Shown here: one piece after another, positions 27,598 to 35,952 of the stretch
Layout: the number at the start of each line of letters is the position of its first letter
Numbering within the stretch: the first letter of the stretch is position 1
Origin: Pedosphaera sp.
Lineage (GTDB): Bacteria > Verrucomicrobiota > Verrucomicrobiia > Limisphaerales > SIBH01
Direction: 5' to 3'
Length of the DNA: 38,992 nucleotides
Assembly (NCBI GenBank): GCA_031414955.1
Contig: JANOQV010000051.1
Span: forward strand, 1 to 38,992
Notes under the pieces: model-generated
Seen by the model: only the letters and a program-made list of their open reading frames with translations
Told to the model about the DNA's origin: nothing
Database searches by the model: none
Program-made: the position numbers and the translations under genes

Positions 27598-28548
27598 TTA
27601 CTTACTCACCGGCGTGGCTTCGACGATCACGCCCGCGCTGGTGCAGGTCCAATAGAGAGTGCCGTTCTTGGACACCGCGATGTCGGTCGGCTCGGGGTCG
27701 CCCGCATCCACGAGCTTCTTGACGCCCGAGTTCAGGTCCAGTTCCCAAACTTTATTTCGTCCGCCGTCACGACCGCCGAGGCCGGGCGTGGGCACTTCGG
27801 TGAAGTAGAGCATCTTGGCCCGCGCGTCGAGGGCGATGCCAACCGGCTTGTCCAGTTCGCTGAGCAACACCCGGGTCAGGCCATCGTGGGCGGAACGCTC
27901 CAGGATCACGCCGGCGGATTTGCAGGTCCAATAAAGGTCGCCGTTCCGCGCCACCACGAGGTCGCTCGGCTCCGGCTCGCCCATGTGGAGGACTTCAATC
28001 GTGGTGCCGTCGGAGACATTCACGGTGTTGGAGCCGCCATTCATGCCGTTCACGCCAGGCGTGGGCACTTCGGTGAAATAGACCCGGTCGTGCCGGCCGA
28101 CGGAGATGCCGCTCGGCTGGTGCAGTCCGCTGAGGAAGACAGTGGCATCGTGTTCCCCGCGCTGCTCCAGAATGACCCCGGCGGATTTGCAGGTCCAATA
28201 GAGGGTGCCGTCGCGATCGAGCGCGAGGTTGACCGGCTCCGGCTCGCCCATGTGCAGGGTGGTGATGCGGTCCTCGCGCAGGTCGAGGCGGCTGACGGAG
28301 TTGGAGCCGCCATTCGGACCGTTCACGCCGGGCGTGGGCACCTCGGTGAAGAAGATCGTTTTATTGTCGCGCACCACGAGACCCATCGGGCGGTGCAAGC
28401 CCCGGGCCACGACGCGCATGGAATAAGCATCGCCGCCGGCCACCCGGACGGCGGGTTGGGCCTGGGCCATTACGACCGCGGCCAAGAGTCCGGCCAGGGC
28501 CGCGAGCGACCCGGCCGATTTGAGGTTGAGGAGTGAGTTTGTTTTCAT
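27598..28548 (-). CDS. Secreted beta-propeller protein with three ~91-aa internal repeats
   Basis: Signal peptide ending AQA; three copies each of FTEVPTPG, G(E/D)PEP and LYWTC(K/T)SAGVI; FTEV codons are spaced exactly 273 nt (28350, 28077, 27804). Start ATG 28548. Confidence 0.82.
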   Translation of the reverse strand: MKTNSLLNLKSAGSLAALAGLLAAVVMAQAQPAVRVAGGDAYSMRVVARGLHRPMGLVVRDNKTIFFTEVPTPGVNGPNGGSNSVSRLDLREDRITTLHMGEPEPVNLALDRDGTLYWTCKSAGVILEQRGEHDATVFLSGLHQPSGISVGRHDRVYFTEVPTPGVNGMNGGSNTVNVSDGTTIEVLHMGEPEPSDLVVARNGDLYWTCKSAGVILERSAHDGLTRVLLSELDKPVGIALDARAKMLYFTEVPTPGLGGRDGGRNKVWELDLNSGVKKLVDAGDPEPTDIAVSKNGTLYWTCTSAGVIVEATPVSK

Positions 28549-28588
28549 TCGTTTTATGTTTTGTGATTTCAACTGCTACGGAAGGCGT

Positions 28589-28614
28589 AACAACCGGGCG
28601 GGGAAAAAAGTTCC
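28589..28614 (-). promoter_or_regulatory. Putative ECF (SigH/SigR-type) promoter of the propeller gene
   Basis: Minus strand GGAAC-TTTTTTCCCCGCCCGGTT(18)-GTT, about 40 nt upstream of ATG 28548; matches the GGAA(T/C)-N18-GTT consensus. Confidence 0.6.
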
Positions 28615-28688
28615 CGGCCGGCGAAGAAAGAAAAATTATTCCCGTTGGCGGCCCGTTGCGCCGCCGCCTAAGGTCGCTGCGGTCGGCG

Positions 28689-29282
28689 ATGTCATTCTCT
28701 GGCGAACAAGCAACGGAATCAGCCTCAGCCCGCTTTGAAGCGGTGGCCCTGCCATTTATGGATGCCCTCTACAACAAGGCCCTGCATTTGACCCGGCGGC
28801 CGGAGGACGCCAGCGATCTGGTGCAGGAAACATTTCTGCGCGCCTACCGGACCTTTGGCAATTTCGTCGCGGGAACCAATGCGAAGGCCTGGCTGTTTAC
28901 CATTCTGTATTCCATCTTCATCAACCGATACCGCAAGGAACAGCGCGAGCCGGACACGGTCTCGATGGATGAAATGGAGGAAGCCTTTCACCAGACGCTG
29001 GCCGATCCGGATTGGGAGGCGAATTTCATCACGCTCGTGGATTCGAAACTCGACTGGTCGGGGCCGGAAGTCCGCGCCGCGCTCGAGCAATTGCCGGAAG
29101 CTTTCCGCACCGCCATTCTGCTCGTGGACGTGGAGGGACTGCCCTACGAGGAGGCCGCCGCCGTGGTGGACTGTCCGGTGGGCACACTGCGCTCGCGTCT
29201 CTTTCGCGCGCGCCGCGTGCTCTTCGTGGCCCTGAGTGATTATGCCCGACGGATGGGTTTCCAGAAGGGGACGCCAGTCTGA
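28689..29282 (+). CDS. ECF sigma-70 factor, SigH/SigR-like
   Basis: FEAVALPFMDALY..ALHLTR.PEDASDLVQETFLRAY..F..FVAGTNAKAWLFTIL..FINRYRKEQREP; region 4 YEEAA..DCPVGTLRSRLFRAR. Start ATG 28689. Confidence 0.92.
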   Translation: MSFSGEQATESASARFEAVALPFMDALYNKALHLTRRPEDASDLVQETFLRAYRTFGNFVAGTNAKAWLFTILYSIFINRYRKEQREPDTVSMDEMEEAFHQTLADPDWEANFITLVDSKLDWSGPEVRAALEQLPEAFRTAILLVDVEGLPYEEAAAVVDCPVGTLRSRLFRARRVLFVALSDYARRMGFQKGTPV

Positions 29283-29283
29283 T

Positions 29284-30123
29284 ATGCCGACACCACCCCG
29301 ACATTTCAAAGACGAACTCCAGGACTGGCTGGACGGGCGGCTCGACATCGCGACCTGCGAGGAAGTCGAGCGCCACCTGCAAACCTGCGATGAATGTCGG
29401 CGCGAATACGAGTCGGTGGGCTGGATCAAGCACATCGCCGCCCAACAGCTTGGCCCCGTGACTGCGCCCGCCGAGTTGCGGGCGAACGTGCTGCGCGCCT
29501 TACGGGCGGAACCCCCGGTCGTGCCGGCCACCCATGAGCCTGAAGCCACAAACGTCGTCACGCCCGCGCCGGGATTCTGGCGCCGCCACCAGCGCACCGT
29601 GCTCGCCGCCGCCGCGCTGGTGATCGTGTCGGCCATTCTGTCCGGCGTCTATTTCCTGCGCCCCACACCCTTGCCGGCGGTGGTGGCGCGGGACTATCGG
29701 AATTTCCAGTCGGGCCAGATCTCGTTGCAACTCGCCACGGCGGACGTGAAGGCGATGGAAGCTTTCTTCGCCGCGCAGGGCGTGCCTTTCGCGACGCGGG
29801 TCTTCGACCTTGGCATGATGAACTACACTCTGGCTGGCGGACGTGTTCTGTCCTTGCGCGGCCAGCCCAGCGCCGCTTTTGCTTACAAGGGGACGAACAA
29901 CCAGAGCCTGCTCTGCCAGATGTATGCCGGCCAAGTGACGGACCTGCCGGCGGGCGCGGTGCGGCGCGAGAACAAGGGCTTCACCTTCCACGTTTATCAG
30001 CGCCAGGGGCTGACGGCGGTCTTCTGGCAGGAAGGCACCGTGGTGTGCGTGCTGGTTTCGGATATTGCACCGGAGGAAGTGATCCAACTGGCCTTCGCCA
30101 AGGCCATGCCGCCGCCGGGTTGA
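29284..30123 (+). CDS. Zinc-binding (ZAS, zf-HC2) transmembrane anti-sigma factor
   Basis: WLDGRL...HLQTCDECR (HxxxCxxC), one TM helix, C-terminal extracytoplasmic domain; starts 1 nt after the sigma stop. Confidence 0.9.
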   Translation: MPTPPRHFKDELQDWLDGRLDIATCEEVERHLQTCDECRREYESVGWIKHIAAQQLGPVTAPAELRANVLRALRAEPPVVPATHEPEATNVVTPAPGFWRRHQRTVLAAAALVIVSAILSGVYFLRPTPLPAVVARDYRNFQSGQISLQLATADVKAMEAFFAAQGVPFATRVFDLGMMNYTLAGGRVLSLRGQPSAAFAYKGTNNQSLLCQMYAGQVTDLPAGAVRRENKGFTFHVYQRQGLTAVFWQEGTVVCVLVSDIAPEEVIQLAFAKAMPPPG

Positions 30124-30221
30124 AGGTGTGGCTGGAGGGCGGCACCTGGGGGCAAAGCAGCGGGTTTGGCCGGGACGGGAAGTTTTCTCCGGGCGCGGGA
30201 AATCGGCCACCCGCCGAAGTT

Positions 30222-30728
30222 TCACTCCAGCCGGTCCAAGTCGTCGCGCAATGCCGCCAAATCAGGATCCTGTAGTGCCAGGGCGCGAATCGTCCCGACA
30301 TCAGCGGCCTGCACGGCGCGCTGGAGCCAGCGCAGCGCCTCGGTCCGGTCTCCCAGTTGACACTGATAGCAGGCGAGGTTGTAGGGAATGAGATAGGCCC
30401 TCGGAAATCGATCCACCACCCTGGCGAGTCGTTCGTAGGCCTCGGGGGTTCGTTTCAACTCGTGCAGGGCAAAGGCTGATTCGATCCAGCCGCTCTCTCG
30501 TTCCGGTACGCCGGCGATGACCTGCTCCGCACAGACCAGCGCGGCGGGCCAATCCTTTTCCTCGGCGTGAATCTTCCACCACATCTCCAGCACGTCGGGA
30601 TGGTGGCCATGCTGGTTGGAGATGGTCTCCAGTTCGTGGCGTGCCTCGGCCACATTCCCCAGTTCCAGCCAGCCCAAGGCGGACTGGACCTGGAAACAGT
30701 CAGGATGAGGTAATGGTTCGGTGTCCAT
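30222..30728 (-). CDS. TPR-repeat protein
   Basis: ALGWLELG...ARHEL, AFALHELKR, IPYNLACYQCQLG, ALQDPDL; start ATG 30728. Confidence 0.85.
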   Translation of the reverse strand: MDTEPLPHPDCFQVQSALGWLELGNVAEARHELETISNQHGHHPDVLEMWWKIHAEEKDWPAALVCAEQVIAGVPERESGWIESAFALHELKRTPEAYERLARVVDRFPRAYLIPYNLACYQCQLGDRTEALRWLQRAVQAADVGTIRALALQDPDLAALRDDLDRLE

Positions 30729-30768
30729 GTTGATGCAAGCGCACGCAGGGAGCCTGCCTTGGGTGCGC

Positions 30769-30806
30769 AAAAAAAGAAACGGCGCGAATCTTACGATCCG
30801 CGCCGT
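30769..30806 (-). terminator. Rho-independent terminator of glnII
   Basis: Minus strand ACGGCGCGGATC-GTAA-GATTCGCGCCGT followed by TTCTTTTTTT. Confidence 0.85.
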
Positions 30807-30851
30807 GCGTATTTCGGTTCCTCCCGAATCAGCCCGGAGGCTGACGCAAAA

Positions 30852-31898
30852 CTACTTCTTGCCCGGCTTCTTGGCCGCGCCCGTCGGCACGGTATTGATG
30901 GTCTGCAGGATGCGGCCCGCGATCTTGTAGGGGTCGCCCTGCGAGTTTGGACGGCGGTCTTCCAAGTAGCCCTTGTAGCCGTTGTTCGCGAAACTATGCG
31001 GGACGCGCACCGAGGCTCCACGGTTGGCGATGCCGTAGTTGAACTTGTCGATGGACTGCGTCTCGTGCAGGCCGGTCAGGCGCAGATGATTGTCCGGGCC
31101 ATAAACGGCGATGTGCTCGTTCTTATACTTGTCAAAGGCCGCCATCAACGCCTCGAAGTATTCCTTGCCGCCCACCTCGCGCATGTAATCGGTGGAGAAG
31201 TTCGAGTGCATGCCGGAGCCGTTCCAATCCACGTCCTTGCCCAGCGGCTTGCAATGGAAGTTCACGTCCACGCCGTACTTCTCGCACAGGCGCAAGAGCA
31301 GATAGCGAGCGACCCAGACTTGATCGGCAGCGTTCTTTGACCCTTTGCCGAAGACCTGAAATTCCCACTGCCCCTTGGCCACTTCGGCATTGATGCCTTC
31401 GTGGTTGATGCCGGCATCAAGGCACAAGTCGAGATGCGCATCGACAATCTCGCGCGCGATGCAGCCCACGTTCTTGTAGCCCACGCCGGTGTAGTATTCG
31501 CCCTGCGGGAAGGGGAAACCGGAGTCCGGGAAGCCGAGCGGCTTGCCGTCCTTGTAGAGAAAGTATTCCTGCTCGAAGCCAAACCACGCGCCCGGATCAT
31601 CGGGAATGTTCGCGCGGGAGTTGCTCGGATGCGGCGTCTTGCAATCCGGCATCATCACTTCGCACATCACGATCACGCCGTTCTTCTTGGTCGTGTCGGG
31701 ATAGACGGCGACCGGCTTGAGCATGCAATCCGAGCTGCGGCCTTCGGCCTGGCGGGTCGAGCTGCCGTCGAAGCCCCAGAAAGGGAGCTGGTTGAGCTTG
31801 GGGAAGCTGGCAAATTCCTTGACCTGAGTCTTGCCGCGGAGATTGGGAACCGGATCGTAGCCATCGAGCCAGAGATATTCGAGTTTGTATTTAGCCAT
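30852..31898 (-). CDS. glnII: Glutamine synthetase type II
   Basis: 348 aa; LEYLWLDG, WGFDGSST, WFGFEQEY, GINAEVAKGQWEFQ, DWNGSGMHSNFST, RLTGLHET, NRGASVRVP, GYLEDRRP..DPY. Confidence 0.95.
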   Translation of the reverse strand: MAKYKLEYLWLDGYDPVPNLRGKTQVKEFASFPKLNQLPFWGFDGSSTRQAEGRSSDCMLKPVAVYPDTTKKNGVIVMCEVMMPDCKTPHPSNSRANIPDDPGAWFGFEQEYFLYKDGKPLGFPDSGFPFPQGEYYTGVGYKNVGCIAREIVDAHLDLCLDAGINHEGINAEVAKGQWEFQVFGKGSKNAADQVWVARYLLLRLCEKYGVDVNFHCKPLGKDVDWNGSGMHSNFSTDYMREVGGKEYFEALMAAFDKYKNEHIAVYGPDNHLRLTGLHETQSIDKFNYGIANRGASVRVPHSFANNGYKGYLEDRRPNSQGDPYKIAGRILQTINTVPTGAAKKPGKK

Positions 31899-31977
31899 GT
31901 GCGCGCTTGTTCAATGAGTTCAGTTTACACGACCCGTGAGAGCCGTTGCTTCCTCTTTGGAAGCGGTGCGAGGTGAT

Positions 31978-31993
31978 AGCAACGGGGGTGCCA
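31978..31993 (-). promoter_or_regulatory. sigma54 (-24/-12) promoter of glnII
   Basis: Minus strand TGGCAC-CCCCG-TTGCT, an exact match to TGGCAC-N5-TTGCW, about 80 nt upstream of the ATG. Confidence 0.85.
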
Positions 31994-32243
31994 CCCCGCA
32001 ATAGGATTTTGTTCACAGGCCGGGCGGCACCCACTTGAGCCGCCATGAGCAAGGGATTCACTCAGTTTAGAAATTATTTTTCTGCCCGAGACCGATCATC
32101 ACAAGCCCTGTTCAATTTTGACCGCTCTGAACATTTCGCGGCCACCGGTGGCCTCAAGTTGCAAAAAAACCATTCGTTCACGCCCCGTCCACCGGATGGG
32201 AGGGAATCTTCGGGGCGGAGATCCAACCGCTTCCCAGTCACGT

Positions 32244-32696
32244 TTATTCCCGCGCCTTGGTGTCGATGGCGATAGTGACCGGCCCGTCATTGACCAGGGC
32301 GACCTGCATGGCCGCGCCGAACTCGCCCGTCTGGATGGGCCGGCCCAGCTCGGCCGCGAGCCGGACGAGGAATTGTTCGTAGAGCGGAATGGCTACCTCG
32401 GGTCTGGCCGAACGGACGAAGGATGGTCGGTTCCCCTTCCTGGTGCTGGCGAACAGGGTGAACTGGCTGACCACGAGAATCTCACCTCCAGTCTCCTGCA
32501 CGGAAAGGTTCATCAGGCCCGTCTCGTCGCTAAAGATGCGGAGACGGATCAGCTTGCCCGCGAGCCAGGTGACATCTTCGGCGGTGTCCGCCTCTTCCAC
32601 CGCGACCAGCACGAGCAGCCCTGCGCCAATGGAGGATATCGCTGCTCCCGCGATGGTCACGCTGGCGCTCGACACACGTTGGATGACGGCTCTCAA
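32244..32696 (-). CDS. dtd: D-aminoacyl-tRNA deacylase
   Basis: [48 protein letters not shown] start. Confidence 0.96.
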   Translation of the reverse strand: MRAVIQRVSSASVTIAGAAISSIGAGLLVLVAVEEADTAEDVTWLAGKLIRLRIFSDETGLMNLSVQETGGEILVVSQFTLFASTRKGNRPSFVRSARPEVAIPLYEQFLVRLAAELGRPIQTGEFGAAMQVALVNDGPVTIAIDTKARE

Positions 32697-32706
32697 GCGG
32701 CACTCG

Positions 32707-34746
32707 TCACTTCACTGGCAACACCGGCTGCGTCCACGCGCACTCGCGCTCGCCCGGGACCACGCCGTTGGCCATCAGCTTCGACGAGACAATCTTGGCC
32801 CGCACATACAACTCATCCCCCTGGCAGGTGTAGCTCACGTTGGTCCCGGTCTGCTCGCTCCACACCGCGCCCATGCCGCCGCTGTAGAGGCGCGTCACCG
32901 CCAGTTCCTGTCCATTCGTGCGGACGACCGGCTTGTGCCGCCAATCCACCGGCCGCTTCGTCCCGATGAACTGTGTCGTGTACGTGACGCCCGGCTCCGC
33001 CACGATGCGCACGGTCAACCTGTTCGCCTTCCACACCACCTCGCTCAGTTCCACGCCGCTGGAGCTGTAGAAATCCCCCGCCTCCAGCGCATTGATGATC
33101 GCGTCCGCCTTCAACTGCGCCGCGCGCACCATCACCCAGCCGCGCCCGGTGTTCGCGTTCGAGGGCGAGAACTTGCTGTAGTGGTGCGCGTCGTCCACCG
33201 CCAGACCCAACAGCGGGAGGTCGCGCCGCTCGGCGATGCGATGCGTGTTCACGATGTCCCACATCCGGTCCGTGCTGGCGTGGTCGGCGTTGCCCTCGTT
33301 GAAGACGAGCGGATGTCCGTTGTACACCTCGAAGAACCGTTCGCCCCGCAGTTGAATCATGTCCTCCGCCGTGATGGCCCAACGAAAATTCGGATGGGCG
33401 ATATGGACCATCATCGGTATGCCGGTTCGCTCGCGCTGCGCGAGAACGGCATCGATGTTGTTCTGCATGACCTCGACGGGCGACTCGCCCCGGCGCGGCC
33501 GCACGAAGTCGCGGATGTTCGAGGCGATGAGATGAATGGGCCAGTTCCCGTAGTGCGCCGTGACTTCCTCGGCCTGGATGAGCAGGAAACGCCCCGGTGC
33601 CTCGAACATGGTGCGCAATTCCGGCAGTGTCTTCAACAGCACCAAGGGCGTGCCGTTCGTGCTCACGCCCCGCGTCACGGCGTTCGTGCCGAAACGCCGG
33701 ATGTATTTGGGCAAAATTTTGACAATTGCCTGGTTGGTTTCCACCACGCCCACCGCTCCCGCCTGCAAGGTGTTGTGATCGGACAAGGCCAGGAAGTCGT
33801 AGCCACGCGTCTTGTACCAATCCACGACCATCTCGGGGAAATCATCGCCATCGCTCCAGAGCGTGTGGGTGTGCAGATTGCCCTTCCACCAGCGGGTGGC
33901 GGGTTGGGCGGAGGAAGGCGGAGCGCAGGCGAGCAGCAAAACCAAGGCGGCAAGGCCGCGATGCGCGACGGCGGGCCGGCGGATGAAACCCCAAGCACCA
34001 AACATCAAGCACCAGATAAATCCCAAACACCAAGCTCCAAGCAGAAAGCTCTCCCGCGCATCCGACGCCCCGTTGATGTTTAGAGCCTGGTGTTTGCCTG
34101 GGGTTTGGAGTTTGGGGTTTGGGGTTTCCAAGCCAGGCTCGACAATCCGCACGCCGTAAATATCACTGCCGTATTTGGCGAGCGGCTCCAGACTCTTCGC
34201 CTCATTGAGCGGATCGCGCATTAGGTAATTCGTCCCGTCCTTGCCCGATACCAGCACCCAGTGCGGGATGACTTTGTTGATGAACACCTTGGCCAGCACC
34301 GGATGGCCGCCTTGCAACGCAGCATCGATGTCGGCATGGGTTGGTTTATCGAGCAATCGAATGGAGGCCTTGCCCTCAGAAACTTTGGCCACGGCACTCC
34401 AGAGAATCCAGCCGCGCCGCGTGTAGCCGCCGTTGGTCTTGAGCGCCTCGTTCAACGTCTTCGGCGTGAAGTGAACGCCGAAGTGCTCCAGCGCCATCGC
34501 CAGGCTCGCCACCGTGCAACCGACCTTGGCCAGCGTCTCACCGCTGCCAATCGTCTCGTCCTTCCACTGCGGATCGCGCTGCAAATAGTGAGGCGTGGCG
34601 AGGGCGGTGAAATTCGTGAAGGCCGAACCGCCCGCCGCCGCGATGGGCGGCGAGTTGCGCCCGCGCAAATACCAGAACGCGCCCGCCGCCAACACCAGCA
34701 ACGCGAGCAGCAGGACCAGGCCGGATCTTTTCCAGGGAAGTCTCAT
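32707..34746 (-). CDS. Fused ORF: membrane-anchored C39-like cysteine peptidase + repeat-derived 48-aa insert + secreted PHP/CehA-McbA-like metallohydrolase
   Basis: C39 part (34746-34129): [29 protein letters not shown] part (about 33984-32707): internal signal peptide, [38 protein letters not shown]. No stop lies between the two parts. The PHP protein may also start separately at ATG 34005. Confidence 0.75.
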   Translation of the reverse strand: MRLPWKRSGLVLLLALLVLAAGAFWYLRGRNSPPIAAAGGSAFTNFTALATPHYLQRDPQWKDETIGSGETLAKVGCTVASLAMALEHFGVHFTPKTLNEALKTNGGYTRRGWILWSAVAKVSEGKASIRLLDKPTHADIDAALQGGHPVLAKVFINKVIPHWVLVSGKDGTNYLMRDPLNEAKSLEPLAKYGSDIYGVRIVEPGLETPNPKLQTPGKHQALNINGASDARESFLLGAWCLGFIWCLMFGAWGFIRRPAVAHRGLAALVLLLACAPPSSAQPATRWWKGNLHTHTLWSDGDDFPEMVVDWYKTRGYDFLALSDHNTLQAGAVGVVETNQAIVKILPKYIRRFGTNAVTRGVSTNGTPLVLLKTLPELRTMFEAPGRFLLIQAEEVTAHYGNWPIHLIASNIRDFVRPRRGESPVEVMQNNIDAVLAQRERTGIPMMVHIAHPNFRWAITAEDMIQLRGERFFEVYNGHPLVFNEGNADHASTDRMWDIVNTHRIAERRDLPLLGLAVDDAHHYSKFSPSNANTGRGWVMVRAAQLKADAIINALEAGDFYSSSGVELSEVVWKANRLTVRIVAEPGVTYTTQFIGTKRPVDWRHKPVVRTNGQELAVTRLYSGGMGAVWSEQTGTNVSYTCQGDELYVRAKIVSSKLMANGVVPGERECAWTQPVLPVK
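33985..34128. repeat. 144-bp palindromic element built of inverted heptamer tandem repeats (MITE-like)
   Basis: Left arm GAAACCCC AAGCACC AAACATC AAGCACC..AAACACC AAGCTCC AAGC; right arm TTTAGAG CCTGGTG..TTTGGAG TTTGGGG TTTGGGG TTTC; perfect 10-bp terminal IR GAAACCCCAA/TTGGGGTTTC. Confidence 0.8.
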
Positions 34747-34759
34747 CAAATGCGTTTTT

Positions 34760-34839
34760 GCCACGGATGCACACGGATGAAGCAGGGATAAAGCCCGGCC
34801 AGTTTCCCCTCTGTGTTCAATCGGTGTTTCATCCGTGGC
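34760..34839. repeat. 80-bp palindromic element with short (~10-nt) tandem units
   Basis: GCCACGGATG CACACGGATG AAGCAGGGAT ... CTCTGTGTTCAATCGGTGTTTCATCCGTGGC; perfect 10-bp terminal IR GCCACGGATG/CATCCGTGGC; fills the hpnA-C39 junction. Confidence 0.75.
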
Positions 34840-34841
34840 TC

Positions 34842-35849
34842 CTATTTCTTCACGTATCCATGGGCGCGAAACCATTCGACGGCATCCGTCAGCGCCTGCT
34901 TCGGATTCGTTTGCGGCAAGCCCAGGTCGCGGATGGCCTTGGCCGGGCTGAAGAACATTCTGTACTTCGCCATGCGCACTCCGGCCAGCGGAGCCTTGGG
35001 CGGTTTGCCGGTGAATTTCGAGATTGTTTCATCCACATGTGCCGCCATCAAGGCCACGGCGTGCGGCACACGAAACTTCGGAGCAGGCAGGCCGGTGATT
35101 TCGGCGAGAACATCCAGCGCCGCCTTCATGGTCCAGTTCCCCTCCGCGTGTCCGAGAATGTAGCGCTCGCCGACCCGGCCCCGCTCCGCCGCGAGGATGT
35201 GCCCCACGGCCACATCACGGACATGCACCCAGTTCAATCCCGTGTCGAGGTAGGCCGGCATCGCGCGGTTCAGGAAATCCACTATGACCTGGCCGGTGGG
35301 GGTCGGCTTCACGTCGCGCGGGCCGACGGGCGCGCTGGGGTTCACGATCACCACCGGCAGCCCTTTTGCCGCCAACTCGCGCGCCACCACTTCCGCGCGC
35401 CATTTGGAGAGCTTGTAGTGATTGCTCATCTGCGCCTCGGCCACCGGCGTCGCTTCGTCGGTCGGCGTCACCGCGCCGTTCACTTCCTTGGGCAAACCAA
35501 TGCACCCGACCGTGCTGGTATAGACGATGCGTGAGCAACCCGCTGCCGCCCCGGACTCAATGACATTGCGGGTGCCCTCGACGTTCGCCGCATACATCGG
35601 CGCGTAATCGGAGAGCCAGAGATGATAACTCGCCGCGACGTGGAAGCACCAGTCGCAGCCGCGCATCGCCGCCGCCAGCGCCGCGCGGTCGCTCACATCA
35701 CCGCTCATGCGCTCGAACTCCGCGCCCTTCAACCCGCGCCCATCGGCCTTGGGACGCAGCAGCGCCTTCACCGCGTGCCCGCGCGCATTCAACTCGTGGA
35801 CGAGATTCGCCCCGATAAAACCCGACGCGCCGGTGACAAAACATTTCAT
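34842..35849 (-). CDS. hpnA: Hopanoid-associated sugar epimerase-like NAD-dependent epimerase/dehydratase
   Basis: VTGASGFIG, FHVAASYHLW, YTSTVG, YKLSK, VNPSAPVGPRDVKPTPTG, YLDTGLNWVHVRDVAVGH, GERYILG; start ATG 35849. Confidence 0.85.
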   Translation of the reverse strand: MKCFVTGASGFIGANLVHELNARGHAVKALLRPKADGRGLKGAEFERMSGDVSDRAALAAAMRGCDWCFHVAASYHLWLSDYAPMYAANVEGTRNVIESGAAAGCSRIVYTSTVGCIGLPKEVNGAVTPTDEATPVAEAQMSNHYKLSKWRAEVVARELAAKGLPVVIVNPSAPVGPRDVKPTPTGQVIVDFLNRAMPAYLDTGLNWVHVRDVAVGHILAAERGRVGERYILGHAEGNWTMKAALDVLAEITGLPAPKFRVPHAVALMAAHVDETISKFTGKPPKAPLAGVRMAKYRMFFSPAKAIRDLGLPQTNPKQALTDAVEWFRAHGYVKK

Positions 35850-35952
35850 TGAACGGCGGAGTGAAACAGAGCAGGGGAGCGGAAGCAAAGCCGGAGCGAA
35901 CCTTGGTCATCGGCCATTCGCAACAGCCAACAGCTCGTGGCCAAAGCCTGCC

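Noticed and set aside
27640..28350. Regularly spaced DNA repeats resembling a CRISPR array or a DGR template/variable repeat pair
   Set aside because: They are in-frame protein repeats about 273 nt apart with mostly synonymous differences; no cas or reverse transcriptase gene and no adenine-specific mismatch pattern was evident.
31899..31970. Glutamine riboswitch in the glnII leader
   Set aside because: Only a small hairpin (GCTTCC-AAAGA-GGAAGC) is present; I could not match the glnA riboswitch consensus.
34842..35849. Hopanoid biosynthesis cluster
   Set aside because: Only an hpnA-like gene is present; no shc or hpnB-H genes in the window.
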